Program-made: the position numbers and the translations under genes
Notes under the pieces: model-generated
The model's database searches: none
Told to the model about the DNA's origin: nothing
Seen by the model: the letters and a program-made list of their open reading frames with translations, nothing else
In this document: piece after piece, positions 37,495 through 47,300 of the stretch
Layout: each line of letters opens with the position of its first letter
Numbering within the stretch: position 1 is the first letter of the stretch
NCBI GenBank assembly: GCA_965216465.1
Contig: CBDCFW010000001.1
Location: 1-64,000 of the forward strand
Length of the DNA: 64,000 nucleotides
Direction of reading: 5' to 3'
Source of the DNA: Bacteroidia bacterium
Lineage (GTDB): Bacteria > Bacteroidota > Bacteroidia > NS11-12g > UBA9320

Positions 37495-38436
37495 TTGTAT
37501 AACTTGAACAGGCTACTTTTCATATGGATTCTTGCAACAAGCTTATTTTTTGTGCCCAGCTGTAGCAATACGAAGAAAGCAGACCCACTTGATGCGGTGC
37601 GTTCACACGCGCTGCTAGCAAGTCGTTTCAAGGATTTAGCAGACTTTGAAAAAGTTGTATCTATCGCTTATTATGGCGATTCACTCTTGTCTGATAGCCT
37701 TAATACACGGCACTCTAAGGTCATTTTGAGCTATACCAGTAATGGTCAGCAAGTAGAAAGTGTTTTGGAATCGGGTGTAAGTCAAAAAGATATTTTAGAC
37801 ATAAAGAAAGGTTCTGAATGGGATAAAACCTTGTTTGTTATAAACACGCCATATGCAGTAAGAAGCCGTATTGAACTAAGTCAAATTTACATGCTTGCTC
37901 GAAGGCGGTTTCACTTGTTTGGAGAAGGGGATGTTGCATTTTTTGATTTGGCACAAGCTGCGGTAAATAAAATTGCCGATCCAAAGCTTGCGTGCATTGA
38001 GCGAAGAGATAGTTCAGAAAAGGGATATATAAACACATTTAACCATGTTACCGCACAGGCATTAATAACGAGTTTGTTTTCAGAAGAAGCTGCAGACTTT
38101 CTTGCAGATGCACACGAGCGGCACGCGATGCCATCGCTGACTACTGGAGTATTTTCGCAGCAAGAGCTTACTGATACGAATAATTATCCGTTAGATAACT
38201 ATGTCGATATGATTAATAACGAAATTGGACAAGAACTCGGTTTGGCGTTAAAACATAAGTATAAAATCTCTCCTAGTACAGTTTGGACTCCCTCCTTATT
38301 ATCGGAATACTTGAATGATTTGCAAAGCTATTATCAATGGTCATTAGGCATCAGATTGAAGCCTTTTAGTGCTGAAGAAGAACTTATGGAACGCTTTGCA
38401 AATAAAATTAACGCGGTTAAAGGTGGAATTTACTAA
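37495..38436 (+). CDS. lipoprotein with DUF6973 / Lipocone (Wnt/SAA-like) helical domain
   Basis: Lipobox-like VPSC; motifs NTFNH...ADAHE...VDMINNEIGQELG. Confidence 0.6.
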   Translation: MYNLNRLLFIWILATSLFFVPSCSNTKKADPLDAVRSHALLASRFKDLADFEKVVSIAYYGDSLLSDSLNTRHSKVILSYTSNGQQVESVLESGVSQKDILDIKKGSEWDKTLFVINTPYAVRSRIELSQIYMLARRRFHLFGEGDVAFFDLAQAAVNKIADPKLACIERRDSSEKGYINTFNHVTAQALITSLFSEEAADFLADAHERHAMPSLTTGVFSQQELTDTNNYPLDNYVDMINNEIGQELGLALKHKYKISPSTVWTPSLLSEYLNDLQSYYQWSLGIRLKPFSAEEELMERFANKINAVKGGIY

Positions 38437-38462
38437 TCAGACGTAGCAATTAATTTAAGCGC

Positions 38463-39677
38463 TTAATTGTCGGTAACGTCTGCTCTAAGAAAGTACAGCA
38501 CGGTTGAATCAATCGTTAAGGAATCTGATTCAACAACATAGTTCTGTTCCAACTGTTCTAAACCCTCATTTTGGAAAGATGCTGTCTTTAAGCTGCTCAT
38601 CCAACTAGAATCTATTTGAACATCTTTCATATTTGCGTCTTGAAGTTTAGTTCTCTTAATAATACCATTTTCTAAGCTACTGTTCTGTAAATCAGCTTTG
38701 GTGAAATCCACTCCAGACATGTCTGTTTCAGCCATGTTTGAGTTTGAAAGAATGCTTGCTTGTAAATTGGTCCAATGTAGATGTGCTCCCTCTAAATTAG
38801 CTCCGGTTAGGTCTGCATTCGAAATATCTGCACCATCCAAATTCGCTTCGATCAAGCTCGCTGAATCGAGTTGCACCCACTTCATTTTGGCTCTTTTAAA
38901 ATCTGCTTGATTTAGGTTAGTGCCTCCCAAGTCTACTCCTTCCAATATTGCAAATTGAAGATTTGTGTTAGACAGGTCACATGCTAATAATTTTGATCCT
39001 ACCCAATAACTCTGATACAAATTCGCACCACTCAAATCAAAGTTTACCAGCTCAGCATCAGGAACATATGCATACGCAAAAGATACTTGTTCCTTTATCT
39101 TTTGAAATGAAGTATCATTCATACGTAGACTTAATAAGCTTAACAACAATTGTCCTCTTTCTGGACTGAAATAGACTACTCCTGTATCGGTATTATGGCT
39201 AACATATGGCTTAAAATAGCGATTGAGGTTTACCAACTGTTCATGGCTAAGAGCACTAATTGCTCGATTAGGACTAGATTCAACCTCATCTTCTACCTTG
39301 TTTAGAACTGCTTTCATGAGCGTCATAACGTGTCCTTGTTGTAATGAGTCAATAGTCCGTTGTTGAATTGCGAGTGTTTCAGATTGCTCATTCACTTCAT
39401 TTCGTAGAGCGTTATTTTTACCTTGTAGAACAGCTGCTATTCCGAGAATTCCGATTATTAAAATGCTAACAATTGTAGAATTTTTCTTTCGCTCAACTTT
39501 GGCCTCCTTTTTTGGCCACATCAAGATCCACAGTGCAAATAATAAGGTTACTCCCCCTATGAAGCCTACCCAAAATGAGTACTGCAATTCAATGTATGGT
39601 ACGCGTATATAACCGAGTACCCAACCCAACACTAAAAAAAATAAGAGAGCTATTATTCGAAGTAGTTTTCGATTCAC
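38463..39677 (-). CDS. membrane protein with pentapeptide repeats
   Basis: 3 N-terminal TM helices, coiled coil, A(D/N)LxxA(D/N)L repeats. Confidence 0.9.
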   Translation of the reverse strand: MNRKLLRIIALLFFLVLGWVLGYIRVPYIELQYSFWVGFIGGVTLLFALWILMWPKKEAKVERKKNSTIVSILIIGILGIAAVLQGKNNALRNEVNEQSETLAIQQRTIDSLQQGHVMTLMKAVLNKVEDEVESSPNRAISALSHEQLVNLNRYFKPYVSHNTDTGVVYFSPERGQLLLSLLSLRMNDTSFQKIKEQVSFAYAYVPDAELVNFDLSGANLYQSYWVGSKLLACDLSNTNLQFAILEGVDLGGTNLNQADFKRAKMKWVQLDSASLIEANLDGADISNADLTGANLEGAHLHWTNLQASILSNSNMAETDMSGVDFTKADLQNSSLENGIIKRTKLQDANMKDVQIDSSWMSSLKTASFQNEGLEQLEQNYVVESDSLTIDSTVLYFLRADVTDN

Positions 39678-39744
39678 GTGGTAAAGATAATGTTATTGAA
39701 CAATAGGTAATTGCATAGCCACCATTAATGCTTATTTTTACTTC

Positions 39745-41748
39745 ATGAAAATGAAGTATTTGCTACTTATAGTTGCTTTTCCATTGCTTATTTTATTAGG
39801 ATGTGCTGATTCAAGCACAGAATCAACCGCAGAAACAGAAACCTTCTATCCTACCTCAAAGCCAGGAACACGGTGGTGGTGGTTCGCTACGAAAATAAAA
39901 GAAGGAGATGTTAAACATCAACTTGATTGGGCCAAGGAAAACAATTTTGGTGCAGTAGAAATAGCATGGGTTTACCCTCTTTATCGCTATCAAAAGATGT
40001 ATGCTCGAGAATTTGGAAGATACTACCCAGAAGATTCTTCAGCTCAAGAGTGGCTGAGCGAAGAGTGGACAGACATTGTTGCATATACCAAGCGCTATGC
40101 TGATTCGATTGGCATTGCTTGCGACTTTACCTTTGGAAGTGCATGGCCTGTTGCAGGAAGTAACGTTGAAAAAAAGAATTGGACACAGATTTACGGCGAC
40201 ACTTCATTTCATCAGAAATTGACCTTTGCATGGTCCTACCCTACTGTTGAACACGTAATTGATCATCTAAACAAAGAAGCTTTTGCTCAATTCTCACAAC
40301 CCGTTGGTGATGCACTCGCTCCGGCATTAGAAGGCACAAAGTCTGCACTATTCACTGATTCTTGGGAGATTAAGCTTAATGCTACCAATAAGATTTGGAC
40401 TCAAGGATTCGATTCTACCTTCAAGATTGCTTTCGGTTACGATATAATTCCCTATATGGAGCAAGGTATAGACTCATTTCCAGATGTTCGGTACGACTAC
40501 ATGATGCATTTAGATGAATATGTCACTAACGGATTTTATATCCCTTATGTTGAGAAATGCAAGGAATTGGGTGCTTGGTCTCGGGTTCAATGTTTGGCTT
40601 CACCAACAGATGTTATGACCACCTACAGTTTGGTTGACATACCTGAAACAGAATCTATGCTAAACAACCCAAACTATTCAAGAATTGTTAGTTCATCTGC
40701 ATGTTTAGCTTCGAAGCCCATGGTGTCAAGTGAAACCTTTACCTGCATGTATGGATTTCCGAGTACATATTTTAGGGAGGAACAAATGGCAGATTTAAAA
40801 ATGGTCGCAGATGCGATGTTCTCACAAGGAGTTAACCAACACTTTTATCACGGTATGCCTTTTAATCCAGCTGGTTCTGATAGTGTTTACTTTTTTGCAA
40901 CAACCTATTTTGGTCCAAACGGCAGTCTCAGTGAAGAACTCCCTGCATTCAATGCCTATATGGAAAAAGTTTCAGGTTATCTTCAATCTGGGAAGACCTA
41001 TAGTGATGTAGCGGTATATATCCCTTATGAGGATGGAGTAATGAAGGGAGCTTATCCACCAGAGCGTCAACGTGTATGGGTATGGGGTGAATACGAAATG
41101 CGTTACATCTACACCCCAGAGGAGTTAGAAGGTTATCATCCACTTTGGATAAATCGGCACTTTTTGGAAAAGGCCAACTTCAAGAATGGCTTGTTAACTG
41201 TAGGGGATGCGTCTTTTTCCAGCTTATACGTAGACGTAAAATTTATGGATGTTCGAGCTCTGGAACGTATACATGAACTAGCAACTCAGGGCTTACCTAT
41301 TTGTATAAAGCAAAATCCTAAACAACCAGGAGTAAATAAATCACCTGCCTACAAAAAATTACTCAAAGAGCTGCAAAGCCTAAAAAATGTTTCTTCAGAA
41401 GTCACTCAGGTTATCGGAGATAAACCTCTGATACATGGTGACAATCTTCCTCAATATTGGGCAAGGGTTTTAGATGATGGAAGTATGTACTTATTCTTGG
41501 CCCAATCGTCATCGAAAAATATTGTTTATCCAATTTATTCGGGTCAATCACATATGAAAGAATCTGAATATAAGGAGCTTACCTTTAACTACAACGGACA
41601 TAATATTTCTCAAACCATTGAGTTTAAGCCTTATCAGTCCGTCATGTTAAAGATTTCGCCTGATGGAGAAATTTCTACCGTAGATATTTCATTTATACCT
41701 AAAGATCCTATAATTCGAGAACGCGAGCCACAAAGGATGCATTTCTAA
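39745..41748 (+). CDS. GH106-like (alpha-L-rhamnosidase-like) glycoside hydrolase lipoprotein
   Basis: Lipobox LLGC; PGTRWWW, FTDSWE, DIPETE, VSSETFT, GVNQHFYHG, DVAVYIP. Confidence 0.8.
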   Translation: MKMKYLLLIVAFPLLILLGCADSSTESTAETETFYPTSKPGTRWWWFATKIKEGDVKHQLDWAKENNFGAVEIAWVYPLYRYQKMYAREFGRYYPEDSSAQEWLSEEWTDIVAYTKRYADSIGIACDFTFGSAWPVAGSNVEKKNWTQIYGDTSFHQKLTFAWSYPTVEHVIDHLNKEAFAQFSQPVGDALAPALEGTKSALFTDSWEIKLNATNKIWTQGFDSTFKIAFGYDIIPYMEQGIDSFPDVRYDYMMHLDEYVTNGFYIPYVEKCKELGAWSRVQCLASPTDVMTTYSLVDIPETESMLNNPNYSRIVSSSACLASKPMVSSETFTCMYGFPSTYFREEQMADLKMVADAMFSQGVNQHFYHGMPFNPAGSDSVYFFATTYFGPNGSLSEELPAFNAYMEKVSGYLQSGKTYSDVAVYIPYEDGVMKGAYPPERQRVWVWGEYEMRYIYTPEELEGYHPLWINRHFLEKANFKNGLLTVGDASFSSLYVDVKFMDVRALERIHELATQGLPICIKQNPKQPGVNKSPAYKKLLKELQSLKNVSSEVTQVIGDKPLIHGDNLPQYWARVLDDGSMYLFLAQSSSKNIVYPIYSGQSHMKESEYKELTFNYNGHNISQTIEFKPYQSVMLKISPDGEISTVDISFIPKDPIIREREPQRMHF

Positions 41749-41807
41749 TTTTGGCAGCATAGTTGTATATTCACAACGTACTAACTATAATTTGTTTTTA
41801 AGACTGT

Positions 41808-43127
41808 ATGAAAGATGACCTAAATCCCCACCCAAAAAAGGAATCAAGAAGAAGTTTCATTCGCTCTAAGCTCTTGGCAACAGCTATTGGTGCCACTGGA
41901 CTACCTCTTCTAGCAAAGCAGTATAACAAAGAAGAAACAAGCTCGCAGCCTAAAGGAATCAGTAAATTTTTAGATGGAAATTCTTCCTGGGATGACATTA
42001 GAAGTCAATTCTATTTGCAAGAAGGGCGGCATTTCTTCAATACTGCTGGTCTTGGGCCCTCTCCTCAACCGGTTGTCGATGCAATATGCGAAAGCTTAAA
42101 ACACCTGGCAAGCGTTGCAAAATCTGGACATAAAGAACGTGATATTGCACATAAGAAAATAGCCGAATTTCTTTCAGTCGACCCTAGTGAAATAGCAGTT
42201 ACGCGTAACGCAACTGAAGGAATAAACATTGTTGCAAGAAGTCTAAATTTAAAAGCAGGCGATGAAATAATTCTCACTCGGCATGAACATATCGGAGGTT
42301 CAGCCCCATGGATTGCCTTGCAAAAAGATCTTGGTGTAGTGGTTAAATTGGTTGAACTTGATCTAACAGGAAGAAACAATTACAAAATCATCAAAGAAAA
42401 CATAACAGACAGAACCAAAGTTGTTTCCTTTTCTCATATCACGTGCACTACAGGTATGAGGCTGCCTGCAAAGAAAATTGTGAAGCTTTGTCGCCAAAAA
42501 GGCATATACTCTTGTGTCGATGGTGCTCAAGCTGTGGGCATGATGAAGGTAAACTTAAAGAAGTTAAAGCCTGATTTTTATGCAGCAAGCGGACATAAGT
42601 GGCTTTTTGGCCCGAAAGGAACAGGAATACTCTATATGAACAAAATGGTCATTAATGAGTGTAAGCCAACCTTTGTTGGTGCATATACGGACAGTAAGTT
42701 TGACCTTGACGAATTATTGCTTGAATACCGCGATGTGGCTGAACGTGAAGAATATGGAACAAGAAGTGCCTCTACCCTTGTTGGACTATCAACCGCTGTT
42801 GACTTCAACACCAGCATTGGAATTGAACGTATCGAAAAACGAGGTTTAGAGCTAGCACAACAATTTATTGATCAAATAATTGATGATGATAAATTTGAAC
42901 TTCTCTCACCGGTAACAGACCGATATCGTGCAGCTATTGTTACTTTTAGAATTAAAGATAAAGACAGTTTACAAGTACGCGATCTGCTTGCTCGAAAGCA
43001 CAACTATCACATTCGTAGAATCTATGAACATCATCTAGATGCGATGCGCATTTCATTCTCTGTGTACAATACCGAAAAAGAAGTTAGTAATCTCACTAAA
43101 TTACTTAAGAAAATTGCTGCCGAGTAA
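41808..43127 (+). CDS. Tat-exported class V PLP enzyme (isopenicillin N epimerase / cysteine desulfurase-like)
   Basis: Twin-arginine SRRSFI; FNTAGLGP, NATEG, VDGAQ, SGHKWLFGPKGTG. Confidence 0.88.
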   Translation: MKDDLNPHPKKESRRSFIRSKLLATAIGATGLPLLAKQYNKEETSSQPKGISKFLDGNSSWDDIRSQFYLQEGRHFFNTAGLGPSPQPVVDAICESLKHLASVAKSGHKERDIAHKKIAEFLSVDPSEIAVTRNATEGINIVARSLNLKAGDEIILTRHEHIGGSAPWIALQKDLGVVVKLVELDLTGRNNYKIIKENITDRTKVVSFSHITCTTGMRLPAKKIVKLCRQKGIYSCVDGAQAVGMMKVNLKKLKPDFYAASGHKWLFGPKGTGILYMNKMVINECKPTFVGAYTDSKFDLDELLLEYRDVAEREEYGTRSASTLVGLSTAVDFNTSIGIERIEKRGLELAQQFIDQIIDDDKFELLSPVTDRYRAAIVTFRIKDKDSLQVRDLLARKHNYHIRRIYEHHLDAMRISFSVYNTEKEVSNLTKLLKKIAAE

Positions 43128-43440
43128 TTAGTTGCTACATGAATTTGCATTTTTTTTAGAGATTTCAATCGATGAAAATTGCCGATTAATGGAGAAAAAC
43201 GAATCTTTCATCTGATAGACAAAACATAAAACTCTTCTTTTTAAAGCCTTCTCAAAAATTTCAAAAAGCGAGGTTCACCTAATCACATTTAGGATACATA
43301 AAACCTCGTTATGAGCTGATTTTCTGTGTATTACATAATATTTACACCACGAATACCTTTTGACACATTAAACTTAATTTAAACTCTTTTTCGCTTCAAA
43401 TTTCACTTCCTATTTATCGAAAACGTCCAAAAAAGGTGGT

Positions 43441-43468
43441 TGTAACTTAAAATCTAGGTTCACGTCTT
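43441..43468 (+). promoter_or_regulatory. ECF-sigma-type promoter
   Basis: TGTAAC-N16-CGTCT upstream of the 43530 gene. Confidence 0.45.
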
Positions 43469-43529
43469 ATGTTCAAAAGGCAAGGGAAAATCCCCCAGCC
43501 AATCAAGTATGAACCATAACCACAATACC

Positions 43530-44204
43530 ATGAAAAAATTAACATTTATTAAGAGAATTTTCAGCCTTACCTTTATTCTCATCTTAGCTTTCAATGCGCA
43601 GGCAAAAGATAAATTTAAAAAAGGTTATTTCATCCAGAACGGAGACACGTTCACCGGATACATTGAGTATAAAAACTGGAAAGAGAGTCCAAACTTTATT
43701 CGCTTCAAAGCAACTCCTGAGAGTGAAGCTAGAATCTTTAGCCCACTGGATGTAGAATACTTCAGTGTTGCAAACAAAGTATTTTTAGGTCGTATCATTG
43801 ATGTAGAAACAAGCTCAAAAGACGATCTTAATCTTGACGCAACTGCAGATGTGAAGCTCAGAAAAGACACCGTTTTTGTTGAAGAAATCTACACCGGATC
43901 AAAGAACTTGTACATCTACAAGGAGCGAAACTTCAACGAGCATTTTTACACACTTGAAGATGATAAATTAGAGTTGCTAGTACACAAAATGTATTACACT
44001 GACAACGACAATGGAGAACGCGTAGTTCGTTACAACAACTCTTTCCAAAATCAACTGCTTACTGAATTTGGAGATTGCGACAAAATGTTTAGCACTGTTG
44101 TAGGAGCATCTTACACCAAAGAATCGCTAAAGAAAGTATTCAAGACTTACGACCATTGTGTGCCTGACAAGAAAAAAGAAACTTCAAAACCAGCAAAGGT
44201 TTAA
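43530..44204 (+). CDS. exported hypothetical protein
   Basis: Signal peptide ...FNAQA; KGYFIQNGDTFTGYI module resembling the N-terminal domain of Bacteroidota OM beta-barrel proteins. Confidence 0.75.
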   Translation: MKKLTFIKRIFSLTFILILAFNAQAKDKFKKGYFIQNGDTFTGYIEYKNWKESPNFIRFKATPESEARIFSPLDVEYFSVANKVFLGRIIDVETSSKDDLNLDATADVKLRKDTVFVEEIYTGSKNLYIYKERNFNEHFYTLEDDKLELLVHKMYYTDNDNGERVVRYNNSFQNQLLTEFGDCDKMFSTVVGASYTKESLKKVFKTYDHCVPDKKKETSKPAKV

Positions 44205-44249
44205 GATATTGGGGGTTACCCCCCTATTCATGTAACACGTAAATTTTCG

Positions 44250-44280
44250 GAGGGACGCTCACAAGCGTCCCTTTTCTTTT
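44250..44280 (+). terminator. rho-independent terminator
   Basis: gagggacgct-caca-agcgtccctt-ttctttt. Confidence 0.85.
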
Positions 44281-44361
44281 GGTTTTAAACAACCTTTAAA
44301 CTCTTTTCAATCCTAGATGCGAAATGGTTAAATTTCTGCGTTGTTTTATAAACCAATAACT

Positions 44362-47300
44362 ATGAACAAATTGCTCCTCTTTCTGACCCTCGTTTTAACC
44401 ATCTCATCTTGCAAGCAAAAAAGAATAGACGTTCCTATAGAGGCGGATCTACATTTTAAACCATTTATTTCTGCCTATACCTCAGGAATAATATCAAAGA
44501 CAAGCCCTATTCACGTGTTTTTAAAGCACGAAATTCCGGATAGTATTCTCAATGACACCAACAGCTTAAGAAAGACAATTAAAACCACTCCAGCATTTGA
44601 TTACACCATCGTTAACTCAACACGCAATAAACTTGAACTTGTTCCTCTTCAAAACCTAGACAATAAAAAACGGTACAAAGTAGACGTTAATATGGAAGAA
44701 CTACTGCGTTTAGACCTAGACCATGAGGTTTTTTCATTGGTATTCGAGACCATTACTCAAGACTACAAAATCAAACAGATTTCACTCGAGCCAAAAAATG
44801 CCTATAAACCAAATAACTTAGAGCTAACAGGCTATATTGAAACCACCGATGTTGCAAAGTTTGAAGACGTCAAGCAAATTATAACATCAGTGGGTAAATA
44901 CAGGCTTGAAGACCTTCGGTTTACGAAATACAATAACAAACGTTTCAAGTTTAGTTTAAAAAACATTGTTAAGCAGAAAGAGAAAACTTCATTCAATCTT
45001 GCTTTTGATGGTCAACCAATCGACCAGCCTAGAAAGGTGAACCAACGAATTGACATCCCAGCTAAGAGTGATTTTTCGTACAGCAAATGGGAATATGAAT
45101 CTTACCCAGACCAGCTCTTAACGCTCTATTTTACTGAACCTTTAAATTCTAAACAAGAGCTTAAAGGCCTGGTAACGCTTGACCAATCTAACAACATGAG
45201 TTTTGAGGTCGACGGTACGAAGCTTAAGGTTTATTTAAATACCAGTCATACCGGACAAGATAAACTGGTGGTTCATAGAGGCATTCAAAACTTCGAAGGA
45301 GAAAAAACAAAAGTACTGGTAGAAGACACCATATACATTGATCCTCCCAGACCGACGATTGAAATTATTGGCGATGGCACGATACTACCCAACTCTCAAG
45401 GATTAATTGTTCCTTTTAAAACTATTGGATTGAAGAAGGTTGATGTTGAACTCTATCGAATTCATGAAAATAACGTATTACAATTTTTGCAAGTAAACGA
45501 GGTCGATGAAACCTATCAACTCCGACGTGTTGCAAACAAACTGACCCATAAAACCATTAACCTCGAAAAGACCAATTCTGGGAAGTTACAGCAGTGGACA
45601 ACCCAGGCCATCAACATTCGCGATTTAATACGGCCTCAACCTGGAGCCATTTACAGGGTACGATTTTCATTCAAACCCAGCTACACATTTAATACCTGCA
45701 CTGATATTGACGATGTTAGTACTCGTAATGATTTTTTCGACTACTATGAGAACTCAGACTTCGATGAGCTAGAGGACACAGATGTTTGCGACCGATATTT
45801 CTATTACAGCTCAACAAAAAGCAAGAACCTCATTGCTTCTGATTTGGGCCTCATAGTAAAGCAAGGAAATGCTGATAATTTCACTGTAATAGCAACTAAT
45901 TTGGTAACAGGTAATCCGATGCCAAACACAACTATTAAGTTTTACAACTATGCACAGCAAGTTATTAAACAAGCAGTCACCAATCAATTTGGGATTGCTT
46001 CTGTAGCAACTACGGAAACCCCAAGCGTTATTGTTGGTTCTCATAATCGACACAAATCGTACATTCAATTGAATCGAGGACTTAGCAATTCTACAAGCAA
46101 GTTCGCCACTGATGGTGCCATGCGCTCGAATGGAGTTGAAGCTTTTTTTTATGGAGAAAGAGGTGTTTGGCGTCCTGGTGACAGCATTTACCTATCCTGT
46201 GTGGTAAAAGATGAATTTAACAAAATAAGACATGGCCAACCTGCAAACCTTAAGTTTATTGACCCCAAAGGACGTGTCGTATCTGAATCGCAAGTTAAAC
46301 TCAACAAAAGAGGAATTCTTTCTTTTCCTTTAAGTACTGACATTGATGCCCCTACAGGCTATTACCAAGTTGTTCTGAGCAGCGGTTCGTACGACTTTAG
46401 AAAATCATTACTCGTTGAAACCGTAAGACCTAATCGTTTAAAAATCAACCTAGACCTAGGAGCAAAAGAAATTGAAACCCACAAAACAAAGAACCTTTTG
46501 CTTAGTAGTCATTGGTTACATGGCAAATTAGCGTCTGACCTAAAGGCAAAAGTTACCATGAGGCTAACACCTTCGCACACCACATTTCCCGATTTTAAGA
46601 ATTTTATTTTCGAGAATAGTACCAAACGAGTCAGTCAATCAGAGCAAGTAATATACGATGAAAACCTAGATAGTTTGGGCCAAGCGAATATTGAACTACC
46701 CCAAGAAAAGATTCAATCTGCAGGCAAAATGAAAGCTCAGTTTATTACAAAGGTTTTCGAAAAAGGAGGAGGATTCTCAATCGACAATTTCAATGCAGTT
46801 TACCATCCCTATACTAGCTATGTTGGCATGAAGCTTTCTTACAACAACTATGGCTATCTGTCGACCAGCAAGCCTAATAAGATTGAAATTGTAAACGTTC
46901 AACCCAACGGCAAAGTGGTCAAAGCAAAGACCAAGCTCAGGCTACAAGTTTTTAAGATTGAATGGAGATGGTGGTGGCAACATAACGAAAGTGACCTTGC
47001 ATCATACTTAAACAACAATAGTTATGAACTTCACACCGATAAAACCCTTGAAATTAGCGGTGAGACCTCTTACAACCTGACCATTCCTGAACACGAATGG
47101 GGCCAATATTTTGTTCAAATCACCAACGAAGAAAACGGACACAGCTGTGGTAAATTATTCTTTGCGGATTATTACGGTAGCACTAGAAATGCAAAGGATC
47201 AATCAGGTGCAATGCTGCTGTCTATAGAATCATCAAAACCGCGATATAAGTTAGGAGAAAACGCACAAGTATCGTTTCAATCACCGGGTAAAGGAAAGGC

